DNA of 64,000 bases, taken from the NCBI GenBank assembly GCA_963737155.1, contig CAVTRN010000001.1:1694702-1758701 (forward strand). Reading direction: 5' to 3'. A model generated the notes under the pieces. That model worked only from the letters and a program-made list of their open reading frames with translations, was not told the DNA's origin and ran no database searches. Numbering within the stretch: position 1 is the stretch's first letter; every line of letters begins with the position of its first letter. A program made the translations under genes and the position numbers. This document shows positions 63,704 to 64,000 of the stretch, one piece after another. This DNA comes from Nitrospirota bacterium (lineage in GTDB: Bacteria > Nitrospirota > UBA9217).

Positions 63704-64000
63704 TATGCGGGAGCATGGATGCACTATCGACGGCATAAACGCGGCATTGGGGACCTGACGAAACAATGTTCAGACGCCACGGACTATGAAAACGGTCAAA
63801 CAGGCTGTTCAAACAGAACAGGCTGTCGCCAGCACATGGTGAAGCAAGGTGAAGGAGTGTTGTGGCAGTATATATATGCATGTTTTATCTTTTCGCAAGA
63901 TTAAACGGGTTATTGCTCCGATTTCCTGTTAATGAATTTCAGATTGAATTTGGACCGGCCTATCTTCTTTTTTTCTCCCCCGAGTTTTGCATAATGCATA

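Noticed and set aside
1-64000. CRISPR array, rRNA or tRNA
   Set aside because: No regularly spaced repeat-spacer units or recognisable stable-RNA sequences were seen by eye, including next to tnpB.

Overview
Bacterial chromosomal window with an anaerobe-type gene set (cNOR, molybdenum hydroxylase, AOR, PAS/GAF kinase). The gene set suggests Nitrospirota or Desulfobacterota, which is inference only. The first ~30 kb is an IS-rich, pseudogene-rich accessory region. It holds bounded IS256, ISL3, IS1182 and IS1111-type elements, plus relics of IS110, IS630, IS3 and IS21. About 30-53 kb is mostly housekeeping and metabolic genes. 53-60 kb carries an IS1595 with passenger genes and an IS607 (serine recombinase plus zinc-finger-less TnpB). 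Most notable: (i) a protein-free copy of the IS607 TnpB omega-RNA/right-end region, split into three pieces by IS1182 and IS1111-type insertions; (ii) a readable bridge RNA in that IS1111-type element whose guides match its insertion site and its own circle junction; (iii) a signal-peptide-bearing, proteasome-beta-like Ntn hydrolase carried by the IS1595; (iv) a di-haem NorC; (v) a decayed probable selenoprotein peroxiredoxin. No rRNA, tRNA or CRISPR array was seen. Family calls come from motif recognition by eye, and alignments were counted by hand.
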